Assembly (NCBI GenBank): GCA_963674595.2
Contig: CAXXFV010000018.1
Location: 1 to 64,000, forward strand
Origin: a bacterium
Lineage (GTDB): Bacteria; Zhuqueibacterota; Zhuqueibacteria; Residuimicrobiales; Krinioviventaceae
Length of the DNA stretch: 64,000 bases
Direction: 5' to 3'
Program-made: the position numbers and the translations under genes
The notes under the pieces: generated by a model
Seen by the model: only the letters and a program-made list of their open reading frames with translations
What the model was told of the DNA's origin: nothing
Databases searched by the model: none
Part shown: piece by piece, positions 1-10,562 of the stretch
How the letters are laid out: every line of letters begins with the position of its first letter
Position numbering within the stretch: position 1 is the stretch's first letter

Positions 1-383
1 GCCCGTGCCGGATAATCTGTTTTAAAGTATTCTGTATAAAGAGAATTAAAGCTTCCATACTGTTCCAAGTCTTTAACGAAAACCTGACACTGAACAACGT
101 CTTCCAAAGTAAAGCCGGCGCCCTCTATAATCGTTTTACCATTTTCAAGGGACTGCCGGGCCTGTTCAATAAATCCGCCTTCGGGAAACTGTCCCGTCGC
201 CGGATCAATTCCCAGTTGACCGGAAAGATACAGCATATTACCAATCTTGACTGCCTGAGAATACGGCCCCACCGCAGCAGGAACACCGTCAACAGCTATA
301 ATTTCTTTTTCCACGCATTGTTTTGAAGGAGTACATCCGACGGTTAACAAGACAGCCGCTAAAAAAAGAATCAGCTTTTTCAT
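1..383 (-). CDS. RidA/YjgF/UK114-family protein with an N-terminal lipoprotein signal; 3' end runs off the window
   Basis: Not in the ORF track; translated by hand from ATG at 383 (RBS GAGGAG upstream): MKKLILFLAAVLLTVGCTPSKQCVEKEIIAVDGVPAAVGPYSQAVKIGNMLYLSGQLGIDP...YPARA. GPYSQA, LYLSGQ and PAR are Rid motifs. Confidence 0.9.
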   Translation of the reverse strand, partial: MKKLILFLAAVLLTVGCTPSKQCVEKEIIAVDGVPAAVGPYSQAVKIGNMLYLSGQLGIDPATGQFPEGGFIEQARQSLENGKTIIEGAGFTLEDVVQCQVFVKDLEQYGSFNSLYTEYFKTDYPAR

Positions 384-423
384 TTTACCTCTCCTCTTTT
401 GGAACATTTAAATAATTATATAA

Positions 424-1911
424 TTATTGTTCTTTATTTTCAACCAAAGGGAAATCGACGGTTTCAGCATTTGCAAGGTCATAGAGAACAGCAAATGTCA
501 AACGGCCGACTGTTTCCATAACTTCAGGATCAAGAGTATCTGCCGTGTCACGAATTGTATGATAAGTCGGTGGACCATTAAAAGCATAAAGGAACAATGC
601 AGGAATACCTTTTTCGTGAAACGGATAGTGATCAGAGTTATGAGAAGTCCATCTGCGTTTTATGGGTGTATAAGCATATTTGTCACTGTATTTTTCAAAC
701 ATCTCGGTAAACGTCGGGAACGTATGGCCACCGACCAGCATAATTCCTAATCGGCCATATCCAACCATATCAAGGTTAATCATAGCTTTGGTATCCTCGA
801 TAGGAAATATGGGATGGTCTGTGTAATAATGGGAGCCAAGTAAACCCATTTCTTCACCTGAAAAAGCCATAAAGATAACAGATCGTTTGGGCCGATCTTT
901 TAATGAACAAAATGCCTGGGCAATTTCCATCACAACCGATGCCCCTGAGGCATTATCGTTGGCTCCATAAAAAGTCAAATTTCCGATCTTTCCAAGATGG
1001 TCGGCATGAGCACCCAGAACAAGATATTCATTTTTTAAAACAGGATCTGATCCTTCTAAAATACCGATTATATTGGCTGTTTTTTGTTGTTTTAACAGTT
1101 CGCTCTCTACCTTGAATTTAATTTTTTGTTCCAGTTTAATTGATTTGCTTTTCTTTGTGCTTTCAATTTCCTGTTTTATTTTTTCAACAGTATAGCCGGT
1201 TCCGGCAAAAAAGTTGTTTGCAACTTTTTCAGAAACCACGGCCGTAGGAATACTGGTTTTATAAGAAATTGTTGCAAAAGGATCAGAGATAACCAATACT
1301 GCTTTGGCGCCCTCTTCCTGTGCAAACTTAACTTTATTGCGTGAACGCGATAACCTGCCAAAATTCAACCCATCGATTTGCGGGGCACCGCTTAGAACAA
1401 ATACAACCTTGTCCTTTACATTAATTTTTTTATAATCGTTCCATTTATTTTCCGGAGCTTTAATACCAAATCCGGCAAACACAACGTCACCTGTAAAATC
1501 ACATTCTCCGGCGGAGCCTAAAGGCATAAAGTCACGATCCAGTTTATATGTTATGGTTAATGTATCGTATTTTCCTTTCTTTTTAAAAAGAGATATTAAA
1601 GCCAGTTCGCTGTTGCTGATGGCATTATAATCCGTGTAAAAATTTTGCAGAAATGATGTATCACCGACTGCTTTTGATAATCCCATATCACCGAATTGAC
1701 CGGCGATATAATCAGCCGTTTTATAAAAATCAGACCGACCGGTTCCGCGTCCGGCAAATTCTTCACTTGCAAGAACGTTTACATGCTGCTGACAATCTTT
1801 GGCAGTAATCGTCCACATGGCTTTAATTTCCTGAGGAACTTCATCTTCCTGTGCAAACACAAAAGAGACTGAAACAGGCAAACAGAGTAAAAGTAATAAT
1901 AATTTTTTCAT
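424..1911 (-). CDS. Secreted M28-family peptidase with PA domain
   Basis: Signal peptide; GAHADHLG, GANDNASG, FSGEEMGLLGS, NLDMVG, SDH and YHT zinc-binding motifs; PA insert (VFAGFGI...DY). Confidence 0.9.
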   Translation of the reverse strand: MKKLLLLLLCLPVSVSFVFAQEDEVPQEIKAMWTITAKDCQQHVNVLASEEFAGRGTGRSDFYKTADYIAGQFGDMGLSKAVGDTSFLQNFYTDYNAISNSELALISLFKKKGKYDTLTITYKLDRDFMPLGSAGECDFTGDVVFAGFGIKAPENKWNDYKKINVKDKVVFVLSGAPQIDGLNFGRLSRSRNKVKFAQEEGAKAVLVISDPFATISYKTSIPTAVVSEKVANNFFAGTGYTVEKIKQEIESTKKSKSIKLEQKIKFKVESELLKQQKTANIIGILEGSDPVLKNEYLVLGAHADHLGKIGNLTFYGANDNASGASVVMEIAQAFCSLKDRPKRSVIFMAFSGEEMGLLGSHYYTDHPIFPIEDTKAMINLDMVGYGRLGIMLVGGHTFPTFTEMFEKYSDKYAYTPIKRRWTSHNSDHYPFHEKGIPALFLYAFNGPPTYHTIRDTADTLDPEVMETVGRLTFAVLYDLANAETVDFPLVENKEQ

Positions 1912-1932
1912 TATGTAAAGAAGACCTTTCTT

Positions 1933-3246
1933 TTATTTTTGGGTATAAAGGAATTGTTTAAAGGCATCATAATCAGCCCTCATTTTAATGGATTGTTTTT
2001 CCTGAAGCTGGATTTTTACAAGAGCGTCAGGTAATTGTATTTCTGTTCCCAAAGCTTTGGAAACAATTTCCGGGAATTTCCCCGGATGTGCGGTGGAAAG
2101 CACAACATAGGGGCTATCAGCTTTGTCCTTATTTTGTTGAAAATAGGTTTTACTTACCTTAAATCCAACGGCTGTATGCGGATCAATAATATACTTGTAT
2201 TGATTATAAATATCCTGAATTGACTGAATGGTCAGATCGTCGGTTACAGATTGTGACCAAAGATAAGCCTTTATCTTTAAATAGTCATCACCAAACAATG
2301 TTCGGATTCTTTCCCAGTTACTCGGGTTTCCCACATCCATAGCGTTTGATAATGTTGTAACGGACGGTCTGGGTTTAAATTCACCGGACTTTAAATATGT
2401 GGGAACAATATCATTGCTGTTTACAGCCGCTATAAATTTATCTACATATAATCCCATTTGATCGGCAAATATTCCGGCTGTTAAATTTCCAAAGTTGCCA
2501 CTGGGAACAATAACCGTAACATCCTGCTTGTGTTGTTTCCATATTTGCAAAACACTCCAAAAATAATAAAAGGACTGTGGAAACAAACGTCCCAGGTTAA
2601 TGGAATTGGCAGAGCTTGTTTTCATTTGCGCATTAAGGTCCTGATCATTAAAAGCCGTTTTAACAAGGGCCTGGCAGTCATCAAAAGTCCCTTCAACTTC
2701 CAGGGCGATGACGTTTCCACCAATCGTTGTTAACTGTTTTTCCTGAAGCGGACTGACATTACCGGACGGATATAAAAGCACAACACGAAAACCATCGAGA
2801 TTGTGATAGGCGTTGGCCACAGCACTGCCGGTATCGCCTGAAGTTGCAACAAGTATTGTTGTTGTCTCTGAATTATTCTTTGAAAAATAGTGCATAAGAT
2901 GAGACATGAACTGTGCGCCAAAGTCCTTAAAAGACAGGGTCGGCCCATGATATAACTCCAGGCAATAGGCTTTATCATCAAGCGAGTGCAATACGGGTGA
3001 AAAGGTAAATGCATCTTTAATTATTTTTTCCAAATCACCCAAAGAGATTTCATCTTTTAGCCATGTATGGGCAACCTTTAAGGCCAATTCCTGAAAAGAC
3101 AATGCAGATAAATGATTTAATTCATCATCTGACAGTGCGGGAAATTTTACAGGTATATATAATCCACCATCTTCAGCCTGGCCTTTCATTAAGGCATGCT
3201 GAAAATTTACAAAATTGGATGTATTTCTTGTGCTGACAAACTTCAT
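1933..3246 (-). CDS. thrC: Threonine synthase
   Basis: MKFVSTR start, HGPTLSFKDFG PLP-lysine, ATSGDTGSA, SANSINLGR, PSGNFGN, TAHPGKF. Confidence 0.96.
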   Translation of the reverse strand: MKFVSTRNTSNFVNFQHALMKGQAEDGGLYIPVKFPALSDDELNHLSALSFQELALKVAHTWLKDEISLGDLEKIIKDAFTFSPVLHSLDDKAYCLELYHGPTLSFKDFGAQFMSHLMHYFSKNNSETTTILVATSGDTGSAVANAYHNLDGFRVVLLYPSGNVSPLQEKQLTTIGGNVIALEVEGTFDDCQALVKTAFNDQDLNAQMKTSSANSINLGRLFPQSFYYFWSVLQIWKQHKQDVTVIVPSGNFGNLTAGIFADQMGLYVDKFIAAVNSNDIVPTYLKSGEFKPRPSVTTLSNAMDVGNPSNWERIRTLFGDDYLKIKAYLWSQSVTDDLTIQSIQDIYNQYKYIIDPHTAVGFKVSKTYFQQNKDKADSPYVVLSTAHPGKFPEIVSKALGTEIQLPDALVKIQLQEKQSIKMRADYDAFKQFLYTQK

Positions 3247-3308
3247 AAGTTATTCCCTGATCATAAAGACTATATGTTAAAAAAAATAATCGATAAATAC
3301 AATAAATT

Positions 3309-3914
3309 TCATTTTTGTACAAAGTCGGAGAAAAGTTCTCTGGCTTGCTGATAATCTTTAGCGACAGGGAACTGGGGAAAGTCCTGAATAACATTTTGAG
3401 GAGGGCAAAAAAGGATGCCTGCATCGGCTTCACTTAACATTGATGTGTCATTATAGGAATCACCGCAGGCAATGACCCTGAAATTAAGCTGTTTAAAAGC
3501 ACGGACCGCCTGACATTTTTGGTCTGGCTGTCTCAGAATATAATCTGTTACTTTACCCTGGTTATTAATTTGCAAACGGTGGCATAATAAAGTCGGCAGA
3601 CCCAACTGCTTCATCAGAGGTTTGGCAAAATCGTAAAAAGTATCTGACAGAATAATGACCTGGTACAAATCCCGCAGCCAGTTTAAAAAATCTACAGCAC
3701 CTTCCAGCGGCCCCATTTTTTCGATAACATTTTGAATATCATGGATTGTTATGTTATTTTCATCCAAAATATTTAAACGAAATTTCATAAGTTTATCATA
3801 ATCGGGCTCATCCCGCGTTGTGCGGCGCAGTTTCTGAATCCCTGTCTTTTCAGCTACATTGATCCAAATTTCAGGGACAAGTACACCTTCCAAATCCAAA
3901 CAAGCAATATCCAT
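3309..3914 (-). CDS. thrH: Phosphoserine phosphatase / homoserine phosphotransferase (HAD family)
   Basis: CLDLEGVLVPEIW, TTRDEPDYD, ILSDTFY, GDSYNDTSML; lies between thrA and thrC. Confidence 0.93.
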   Translation of the reverse strand: MDIACLDLEGVLVPEIWINVAEKTGIQKLRRTTRDEPDYDKLMKFRLNILDENNITIHDIQNVIEKMGPLEGAVDFLNWLRDLYQVIILSDTFYDFAKPLMKQLGLPTLLCHRLQINNQGKVTDYILRQPDQKCQAVRAFKQLNFRVIACGDSYNDTSMLSEADAGILFCPPQNVIQDFPQFPVAKDYQQARELFSDFVQK

Positions 3915-3937
3915 TTCTTTCTCCAGACGTTTATAAT

Positions 3938-6376
3938 TTAAGATAAATGATAACTCAGACGAATAATATCCGCAAAAACTCCTCCGGCCGTGACCTCTAA
4001 TCCGGCCCCGGGTCCCTGAATAGTCAGCGGAGAATCATAATATCTCTTTGTGGTAATTTGAATGATATTGTCCGTGGCTCCGGCCCGAGCCAGAGCGTGA
4101 GAAGATGGAATTCGGTCGATTTCAACTTTGCAGGATTCTTTGTCAAGTTTGGCAACATAACGCAGGACCTTTCCCTCCTGCTCTGCCTGCGCCAAAAGGT
4201 TGTTAAAATAAACATCCATGGAAGGGACTTTATCCCAAAAGGAATCCAGATCGCCTTCGAACATTTCCGGGGGTAAAATAGAATCGACCTGCACATCGCC
4301 AAGTTCCATTTTAAATCCGATTTCACGGCCAAGGATCAATAGCTTTCTGGCTACATCCATTCCCGATAAATCGTCCCGGGGATCTGGTTCGGTATAACCG
4401 TTTTTATGGGCTTTTTTCAAAACTTTACTAAAGGGCTGTTCTTTGGACATTGTATTAAAAAGATAGGACAATGTTCCGGATAATATACCTTCAATTTTAA
4501 TGACCTGATCACCACTGTTTTTTAAATCTGTAATGGTATTAATAATCGGCAAACCAGCGCCGACAGTCGCTTCATAGTAATAATGTAACCTGTGTTCATT
4601 AATTTTTTGCATTAATGAATCATAATAACTTTGCTCCATTGTGTTGGCTTTTTTATTCGGGGTAACAATATGAACACCGGCCGAAAGAATATCCAGATAA
4701 TGACCGGCCACCATATCACTGGCTGTTACATCAACCAGTATCGTGTGCGGTAATTCCAGTTCCATAATCGTTTCAAGCAAAGTCTGCATGGAGGCGGGTT
4801 CCGTAGCTGCTGCCAGCCGTTCTTTCCAGTTTTTCAGATCAATCCCCTTTGGATTGATGAGCATTTTTCGGCTGTTACTGAGGCCGCAGATATTAATCTG
4901 TAATCCGGGCAAACCATCTGTTTCCTGTTGTCTTTCATATATTTGTTTGATCAAGGTTGAACCGACAGCTCCGGTGCCGACAAGAAATACATGGGAGACG
5001 CGTTGAGAAAGGTAAAAAGCACTGTGAATAACGTTAACGGCTTTAACAGCTTCTTTGCTTTCCACAACCAGCGAAACGTTACGTTCAGATGAACCCTGGG
5101 CAATTGCAATGACATTGATGGAATTTTCACCCAAAGCGTCAAACAGTTTACCTGCAATTCCCGGTGTGCCGGCCATATTATCACCGACAGCCGCGATAAT
5201 GGAAAGGTTGTCCCGTTTTTCGATTTTATCTATTTTATTGGAAAAAATTTCAGACTGAAACTCATCCCGGATTGCCTGAACAGCCGCATCACTTTCACGT
5301 GTTTGCACCACAAAACAGATACTATGTTCCGAGGATGCCTGGGTGATCATAACGATATTTATTTTCTGTTCAGCCAGTGTGCTGAAAACGCGTCCGGCAA
5401 TACCCGGCACACCGACCATACCGCTTCCCTGGATATTGATAAGCGAAATCTGGTCAAAAGAAGCAATTCCTTTCACAGCATGTTCATAATCACCCACTTC
5501 GGGTGAAATTTTTGTTCCGGGCTTTTCCGGGTCAAAACTGTTTTTAATCAAAACAGGTATATTTTGTTCAATAGCAGGAACAAGTGTTAACGGGTGAATG
5601 ACTTTGGCGCCAAAGTAGGATAATTCCATTGCCTCTTCATAACTGACAAAGGGTAATACAAAGGCATCTTCAACCAGGCGGGGATCAGCGCTCATAAAAC
5701 CGTCCACGTCCGTCCAAATTTCGACCTGCTGTGCATCCAGTGCTGCGCCAAAAATAGCAGCCGTAAAATCCGAGCCGCCGCGTCCAAGTGTTGTGGTAAT
5801 GCCGCCTTCCGTAGCGGCGACAAAACCGGTTACGATATAAATTTTGTCCTGATTCAATCTTTTATTTATTTTTTCAAACGTACGCGGGAACAAAACCCGG
5901 GCACTGCCGTGATTTTGGTCTGTTACAACACACTCTCTGGCATCGATGAATTCAGCATTTAAATTATGGTTTACAAGATATTCAGCCAATAAAAAAGCAT
6001 TGGTGCGTTCGCCAAAACTCATTACAAAATCGAGTGTCCGTGCAGAATATTCTTTTATGAGACTGATCCCTCTTAAAATGTCATCCAGTTCGACAAAAAG
6101 ATTTTCAAAACTGGCGTTGACATCAGCGTGCTGCAACTCTGCCTGATAAACGTCTCTATACTTTTCACGAATAATTTCAACTGTCTGCAGGGCATTATCT
6201 CTGTTTGTAACGGCCTGACCGGCTGCTTTAATAAGCAAATCTGTTACTTTTGCCAAAGCAGAAACAACAACTATTAACTTTGTATGATCCTGTTGGGCTG
6301 TTTTAACAATATTGGCTAAATTTTTAATACGTTCTGCTGTTTCAACAGAAGTACCACCAAATTTTAATACTTTCAT
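3938..6376 (-). CDS. thrA: Bifunctional aspartate kinase / homoserine dehydrogenase I
   Basis: KFGGTS, TTLGRGGSD, two ACT domains, GTGAVG, YEATVGAGLP, EPDPRDDLSG, GPGAG. Confidence 0.97.
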   Translation of the reverse strand: MKVLKFGGTSVETAERIKNLANIVKTAQQDHTKLIVVVSALAKVTDLLIKAAGQAVTNRDNALQTVEIIREKYRDVYQAELQHADVNASFENLFVELDDILRGISLIKEYSARTLDFVMSFGERTNAFLLAEYLVNHNLNAEFIDARECVVTDQNHGSARVLFPRTFEKINKRLNQDKIYIVTGFVAATEGGITTTLGRGGSDFTAAIFGAALDAQQVEIWTDVDGFMSADPRLVEDAFVLPFVSYEEAMELSYFGAKVIHPLTLVPAIEQNIPVLIKNSFDPEKPGTKISPEVGDYEHAVKGIASFDQISLINIQGSGMVGVPGIAGRVFSTLAEQKINIVMITQASSEHSICFVVQTRESDAAVQAIRDEFQSEIFSNKIDKIEKRDNLSIIAAVGDNMAGTPGIAGKLFDALGENSINVIAIAQGSSERNVSLVVESKEAVKAVNVIHSAFYLSQRVSHVFLVGTGAVGSTLIKQIYERQQETDGLPGLQINICGLSNSRKMLINPKGIDLKNWKERLAAATEPASMQTLLETIMELELPHTILVDVTASDMVAGHYLDILSAGVHIVTPNKKANTMEQSYYDSLMQKINEHRLHYYYEATVGAGLPIINTITDLKNSGDQVIKIEGILSGTLSYLFNTMSKEQPFSKVLKKAHKNGYTEPDPRDDLSGMDVARKLLILGREIGFKMELGDVQVDSILPPEMFEGDLDSFWDKVPSMDVYFNNLLAQAEQEGKVLRYVAKLDKESCKVEIDRIPSSHALARAGATDNIIQITTKRYYDSPLTIQGPGAGLEVTAGGVFADIIRLSYHLS

Positions 6377-6387
6377 ACTGCTCCATT

Positions 6388-7431
6388 CTAATGTGTCGGC
6401 ACACGTTTTATATATTCCAAAATATATTTTTCATCTTTCATGGCGCCGGTACAGGAAACATCACCCAAACTAATTGCTGCCGCAGCCGCTGCAAATTGCA
6501 GAGCATTTTGCAGGGTCCATTGCTGATGAATACCGTGCAGCAATCCGGCAGAAAAAGCGTCACCGGCACCGGCATTACCTTTATATTCGGTTTCATTAAC
6601 AACAAAATTCGGCTGTGATATTAATCCATCAGTTTTCGTATAGGCAAAATTTCTTCCTTCAGCGCCGCAATGCACAATTGCACACTTTGATCCGAATTTT
6701 TCGACCAGTTCAATACAGGCCTTTTCCGGATCAGATTGGCCGGTAAGTGATTGTGCCTGGTCTTCATTTATACAACAAATATCAACATAGGCCATGCTTT
6801 TTTGGTAACGTTGAAATTTAAATAAATTTTCATCAGTCGGTGAAACAAAATCCAAAACTGTCATAATACCCATTTTTTGGACTTTATCAAGGACCTTGCC
6901 TAAAATTGTCCCGAATTTTTCATCAGGCAAATCCAACTGGGGTAATAACAGTCCATATCCAAACATGGCAATTTTAAATTTTGACAACATTTCATAATTA
7001 ATTTCCTGTTCAGAAAAAGCGCCCATTGCACCTAATGTATGGCGAAAAATCCGCTCGATTGTCCCGTCCGGCATTTTTATATGCAACACCTGGGTAAAGG
7101 CTGTTATGTTTTTCTTGTCCTGAACCATAAAAGAGGTATCAAGACCATTTTCTTCGAGCGTTTCGATGATAACAGCAGACAAGGGGTCTGAGCCGATCCT
7201 GCCAAAAACAGCGACAGGATAGCCTCCGTTGATTTTAGCCAGGTCCACACCCACATTCAAGGCCATACCACCAACACTGTATTTTCGTTTTTCACCTTTT
7301 AATTCTTCTTGATCTACAAATTGATCGGCGTCGGTAAAGGACAATTGTCCCGGAGTAAGAACAGGAACCAGATCATCCACTAATGTACTACCGATTAGTG
7401 CGATACCGTTTCTGGCAGCATTCATTTGCAC
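6388..7431 (-). CDS. PfkB/ribokinase-family carbohydrate kinase
   Basis: GGMALNV N-terminal motif, NEDQA, GAGDAFSAG anion-hole motif. Confidence 0.88.
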   Translation of the reverse strand: MQMNAARNGIALIGSTLVDDLVPVLTPGQLSFTDADQFVDQEELKGEKRKYSVGGMALNVGVDLAKINGGYPVAVFGRIGSDPLSAVIIETLEENGLDTSFMVQDKKNITAFTQVLHIKMPDGTIERIFRHTLGAMGAFSEQEINYEMLSKFKIAMFGYGLLLPQLDLPDEKFGTILGKVLDKVQKMGIMTVLDFVSPTDENLFKFQRYQKSMAYVDICCINEDQAQSLTGQSDPEKACIELVEKFGSKCAIVHCGAEGRNFAYTKTDGLISQPNFVVNETEYKGNAGAGDAFSAGLLHGIHQQWTLQNALQFAAAAAAISLGDVSCTGAMKDEKYILEYIKRVPTH

Positions 7432-7534
7432 GTTTCTCCTAGTATAAATTAAGTTCGGATATTATTTATTAATCAAGACTATATAAAAATATTTATTTTC
7501 ATGGGTGTCTATAATAACAAATTTGAATAACAGA

Positions 7535-8761
7535 TCAATTCTTTTTATTAGTGCTCCGGTATTCAACGGTCAACGGACTGGTCAGCCGTTTGGTCCAATA
7601 TTCTATTTCTTTAAATTTTTCTTTATCATTTATTTTAAAAACCAAATAAACATTTTCTTCAAAATATCGGCTGCCTTTCGGAACAAATGTCGGGTGCTCA
7701 TTAATTATTATTCTGTTCCAATATTTTCCGCCTCTTTTTCCGTCACTGATCTTTGTATGAGGTCTGTACTCAGGTGACGGCCGGCCAAAGGCATCCAAAA
7801 TATTATATTCAATTCGAATACTAGCGAAAGCATATTTCTCTTTTTCATTATAAAAGCAAACCCAGGGCGCATCACTTTTTATGGGTTCCTGTTCAAAAAG
7901 ATCATATCTGTCAGAAAAGGCAAGGTCAACAATTTGCCCGTTTACTTTTTTATAGGCGACATGCGTAAAAAGACTGTCCATTGTCATTTCATCATTACGT
8001 AACAAACTGAGCAAAACGCCTTGTTGAAACTCCATACAGGAAAAGAATCGAAAGTAAGGTTTATCCGCGTAAAACCGGTATGTACCGGTCAACAAAATTT
8101 CGGGATACTCTGGCGCCAAGTCCTGTCTTTTTGTCTGCACAAGATAGGCACCTTTGTCGAGTTTATAGTATGCCGGGAAATCCCAATTAGCCATGCCCCG
8201 ATAATCATCTTCAGTGGGGCGTTGAAAATTAGGAGCCCAATGCATGCGATTATGTCTCCGGGACAAAACGACACCGGAACCTTTAATGAATAAACGCCGC
8301 AACTGCCCGCTATTTGAGGCCTGCCCTTTATACTGTTCATTCCGGGTCAAATCTGCTTTATAAAAATCATTTTCAATGGTTATGTTGTGTGCAGAACCCA
8401 GTATCTGTAAATCGGAAACAGTTTTTTCATTTATAATGTTTGTCAAATAAATATCATATAATTTGGATTCGGAAGCATTTACAGAAACCGGAAAAATCAC
8501 AGAAAACCGGACACGTCCGTAATCCAGATTTTCCTGATCAAAAACCTGGCAATAAATTTTTTCCGAATCGTTTTTGGCATACACGTGAAAACGGGGTTCG
8601 GACAACAGCTTTTTTTCAAGTTGGGTTGCAAAAACAACATATTCATGATGGCGCTGCAATCCAAAATTTTCAGCAACACGTATCTGACCTATTTGAACAT
8701 CCTGAGCAATCAGACAAATCGGTAAAAAAATCAGGGACATTATTTTTTTTAAATCAAACAT
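7535..8761 (-). CDS. Secreted hypothetical protein
   Basis: 408-aa ORF with signal peptide; no motif recognised. Confidence 0.75.
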   Translation of the reverse strand: MFDLKKIMSLIFLPICLIAQDVQIGQIRVAENFGLQRHHEYVVFATQLEKKLLSEPRFHVYAKNDSEKIYCQVFDQENLDYGRVRFSVIFPVSVNASESKLYDIYLTNIINEKTVSDLQILGSAHNITIENDFYKADLTRNEQYKGQASNSGQLRRLFIKGSGVVLSRRHNRMHWAPNFQRPTEDDYRGMANWDFPAYYKLDKGAYLVQTKRQDLAPEYPEILLTGTYRFYADKPYFRFFSCMEFQQGVLLSLLRNDEMTMDSLFTHVAYKKVNGQIVDLAFSDRYDLFEQEPIKSDAPWVCFYNEKEKYAFASIRIEYNILDAFGRPSPEYRPHTKISDGKRGGKYWNRIIINEHPTFVPKGSRYFEENVYLVFKINDKEKFKEIEYWTKRLTSPLTVEYRSTNKKN

Positions 8762-8792
8762 TCTTTTTTTTCAGTTTAATAAATCAAATCTT

Positions 8793-10430
8793 TCACATTG
8801 GAAAAACTAATAGTTCTATGGAACTGTCTTTTTCCATATTGTATTTTAAACCACGAATCATTTCGCTGCCCAGATAAACAGATTCTTTTTTTGTTTTCTG
8901 ATCGATAACTTTGTACAATCCATCCGGTACAACCGTAAACCATTCCGGGAATTCATTTATTCGTGCATAGTTTTGAGTAAACTGGAAAATGGTTTTATGC
9001 CGGGGCTGATCAAAGACCAGTCTTCCGGTCCAGTCCCGGGTTGCACTCAAATAGATATGGATACCGTTTCCCTGTTGTTGGGCGCTGAGCTGTATGTCTT
9101 GTGTCCAGTAGTCTAAAAAACAACCCTGGGTTTTTAGGAACAAATACATCAACAAAGTCCTGTTCCAGTTGCCGTCACCATACCATCCTTCGATATAACC
9201 TTCCGGCTGCTGCAAGTCCATCATATTTTTAATTTCAGAATTTATCCAGTCAACGGCCTCCTGAACAGGAATTCGGTTTACCATCTGTAAAGCACCCTCG
9301 ATGGAATCGGCATAACCATCTGCGGGCATTGTTTCCCATTTTGCATTTTTATATTTACTGATATTTTCAAGAGCATGAACAATCGTTTCTTTATAATGTT
9401 CTTCATCGGTTGCGAGATAAAAGTCCCACCAGGCCGTATAAAGGTATCCCCAATTATCGTTTAAACCGTCATCAATAACAGACAAGTCAGAACATTTTAT
9501 TTTATTGGGGAATTGCCCATCCTGGTTCATTACTTTTTCCAATTGGTCCAGCATGTTTTTTACAGCAAAATAGTAATGGGCGCCTCGTTCTCTTCCCTGG
9601 TCCATTTCAATAGCAAACAGTAAAGCAAGACCACCGATTATCTCACAGCCGTGGTCGCGAATACGCAGTTCATCATTACCTTTATTTTCAGCAAAATCCC
9701 AATCGCTCACCGGCAAACCATTATTCATGGGCAATACCTGAAAACAATAGGCATCTGCAATGGCTTCCGCCCAGTCCAAATATTTCTCTGTCCCGGTCAT
9801 ACTAAATAACCGGCATAACGTCTGTAAAAGTTCACCATTAACCTCTGCTGAACCGGACGGAATGGTTCCATATTTGGTTTCAATCGGTGCATTTTCAAAA
9901 ATGGCTTCAACCAAATCAACCATTCTGTAATACCAGGCTGACCGGCCGAGTAATTCCACAACAGGCGTTAAACCATCCTTGGCATATTCGGATGCACCGA
10001 AAATATTATAGTTTAAATTATTTTCAACCAAACGAAACGGCTGAAAACTGGCATCTCTTGGCAAACCGTCTGAACCGGTTGTCAGCAAGATTTCGTTTCG
10101 TAAAAATGTAAACATATCGTTATTCAACGTATTTTTATCAAAGTAATATGAAGTGAGAACAAGAAACGGGTAAAGGTCGGCAGCCGTATCTTTCACTGTA
10201 TACAATGGATTATCTTGATTATAGTTCTTGAAAAATGTTAAAAATTTTGGCAGCAGTCCTGATTCCTGGTCCTTTTGTGATAACCAGACATTCATATTTT
10301 TTTTCATCTTTTCGATAATCTGATTATTTAGCATAGCATCTTTGGAGGCTTGATCGGTAATCAGCATTTGATCTTTGCTAAAAGAAATTGTTGAAAAAAT
10401 AAGAATTAAGAGTATATAAAACCATTTCAT
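8793..10430 (-). CDS. Secreted hypothetical protein, probable (alpha/alpha)-barrel glycosidase/epimerase-like fold
   Basis: Signal peptide; repeated helical units such as 'TGTEKYLDWAEAIADAY' and 'ATDEEHYKETI' typical of six-hairpin glycosidases (inference). Confidence 0.7.
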   Translation of the reverse strand: MKWFYILLILIFSTISFSKDQMLITDQASKDAMLNNQIIEKMKKNMNVWLSQKDQESGLLPKFLTFFKNYNQDNPLYTVKDTAADLYPFLVLTSYYFDKNTLNNDMFTFLRNEILLTTGSDGLPRDASFQPFRLVENNLNYNIFGASEYAKDGLTPVVELLGRSAWYYRMVDLVEAIFENAPIETKYGTIPSGSAEVNGELLQTLCRLFSMTGTEKYLDWAEAIADAYCFQVLPMNNGLPVSDWDFAENKGNDELRIRDHGCEIIGGLALLFAIEMDQGRERGAHYYFAVKNMLDQLEKVMNQDGQFPNKIKCSDLSVIDDGLNDNWGYLYTAWWDFYLATDEEHYKETIVHALENISKYKNAKWETMPADGYADSIEGALQMVNRIPVQEAVDWINSEIKNMMDLQQPEGYIEGWYGDGNWNRTLLMYLFLKTQGCFLDYWTQDIQLSAQQQGNGIHIYLSATRDWTGRLVFDQPRHKTIFQFTQNYARINEFPEWFTVVPDGLYKVIDQKTKKESVYLGSEMIRGLKYNMEKDSSIELLVFPM

Positions 10431-10562
10431 TAATGTAATTTCCTTTCTTGCTATTCACTATGCTTAAAGAACTAAAGTAACTGAAAAGCATAAAAATATC
10501 AAGAGTTTGTTTAATAAAATAATATCTTTAAATGACGGAGTGGGGAGAATAGGGAAAGCAGG

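Noticed and set aside
6388-7431. PfkB protein as the missing homoserine kinase
   Set aside because: ThrH already covers that step and no PfkB homoserine kinase is known to me; adjacency alone is insufficient.
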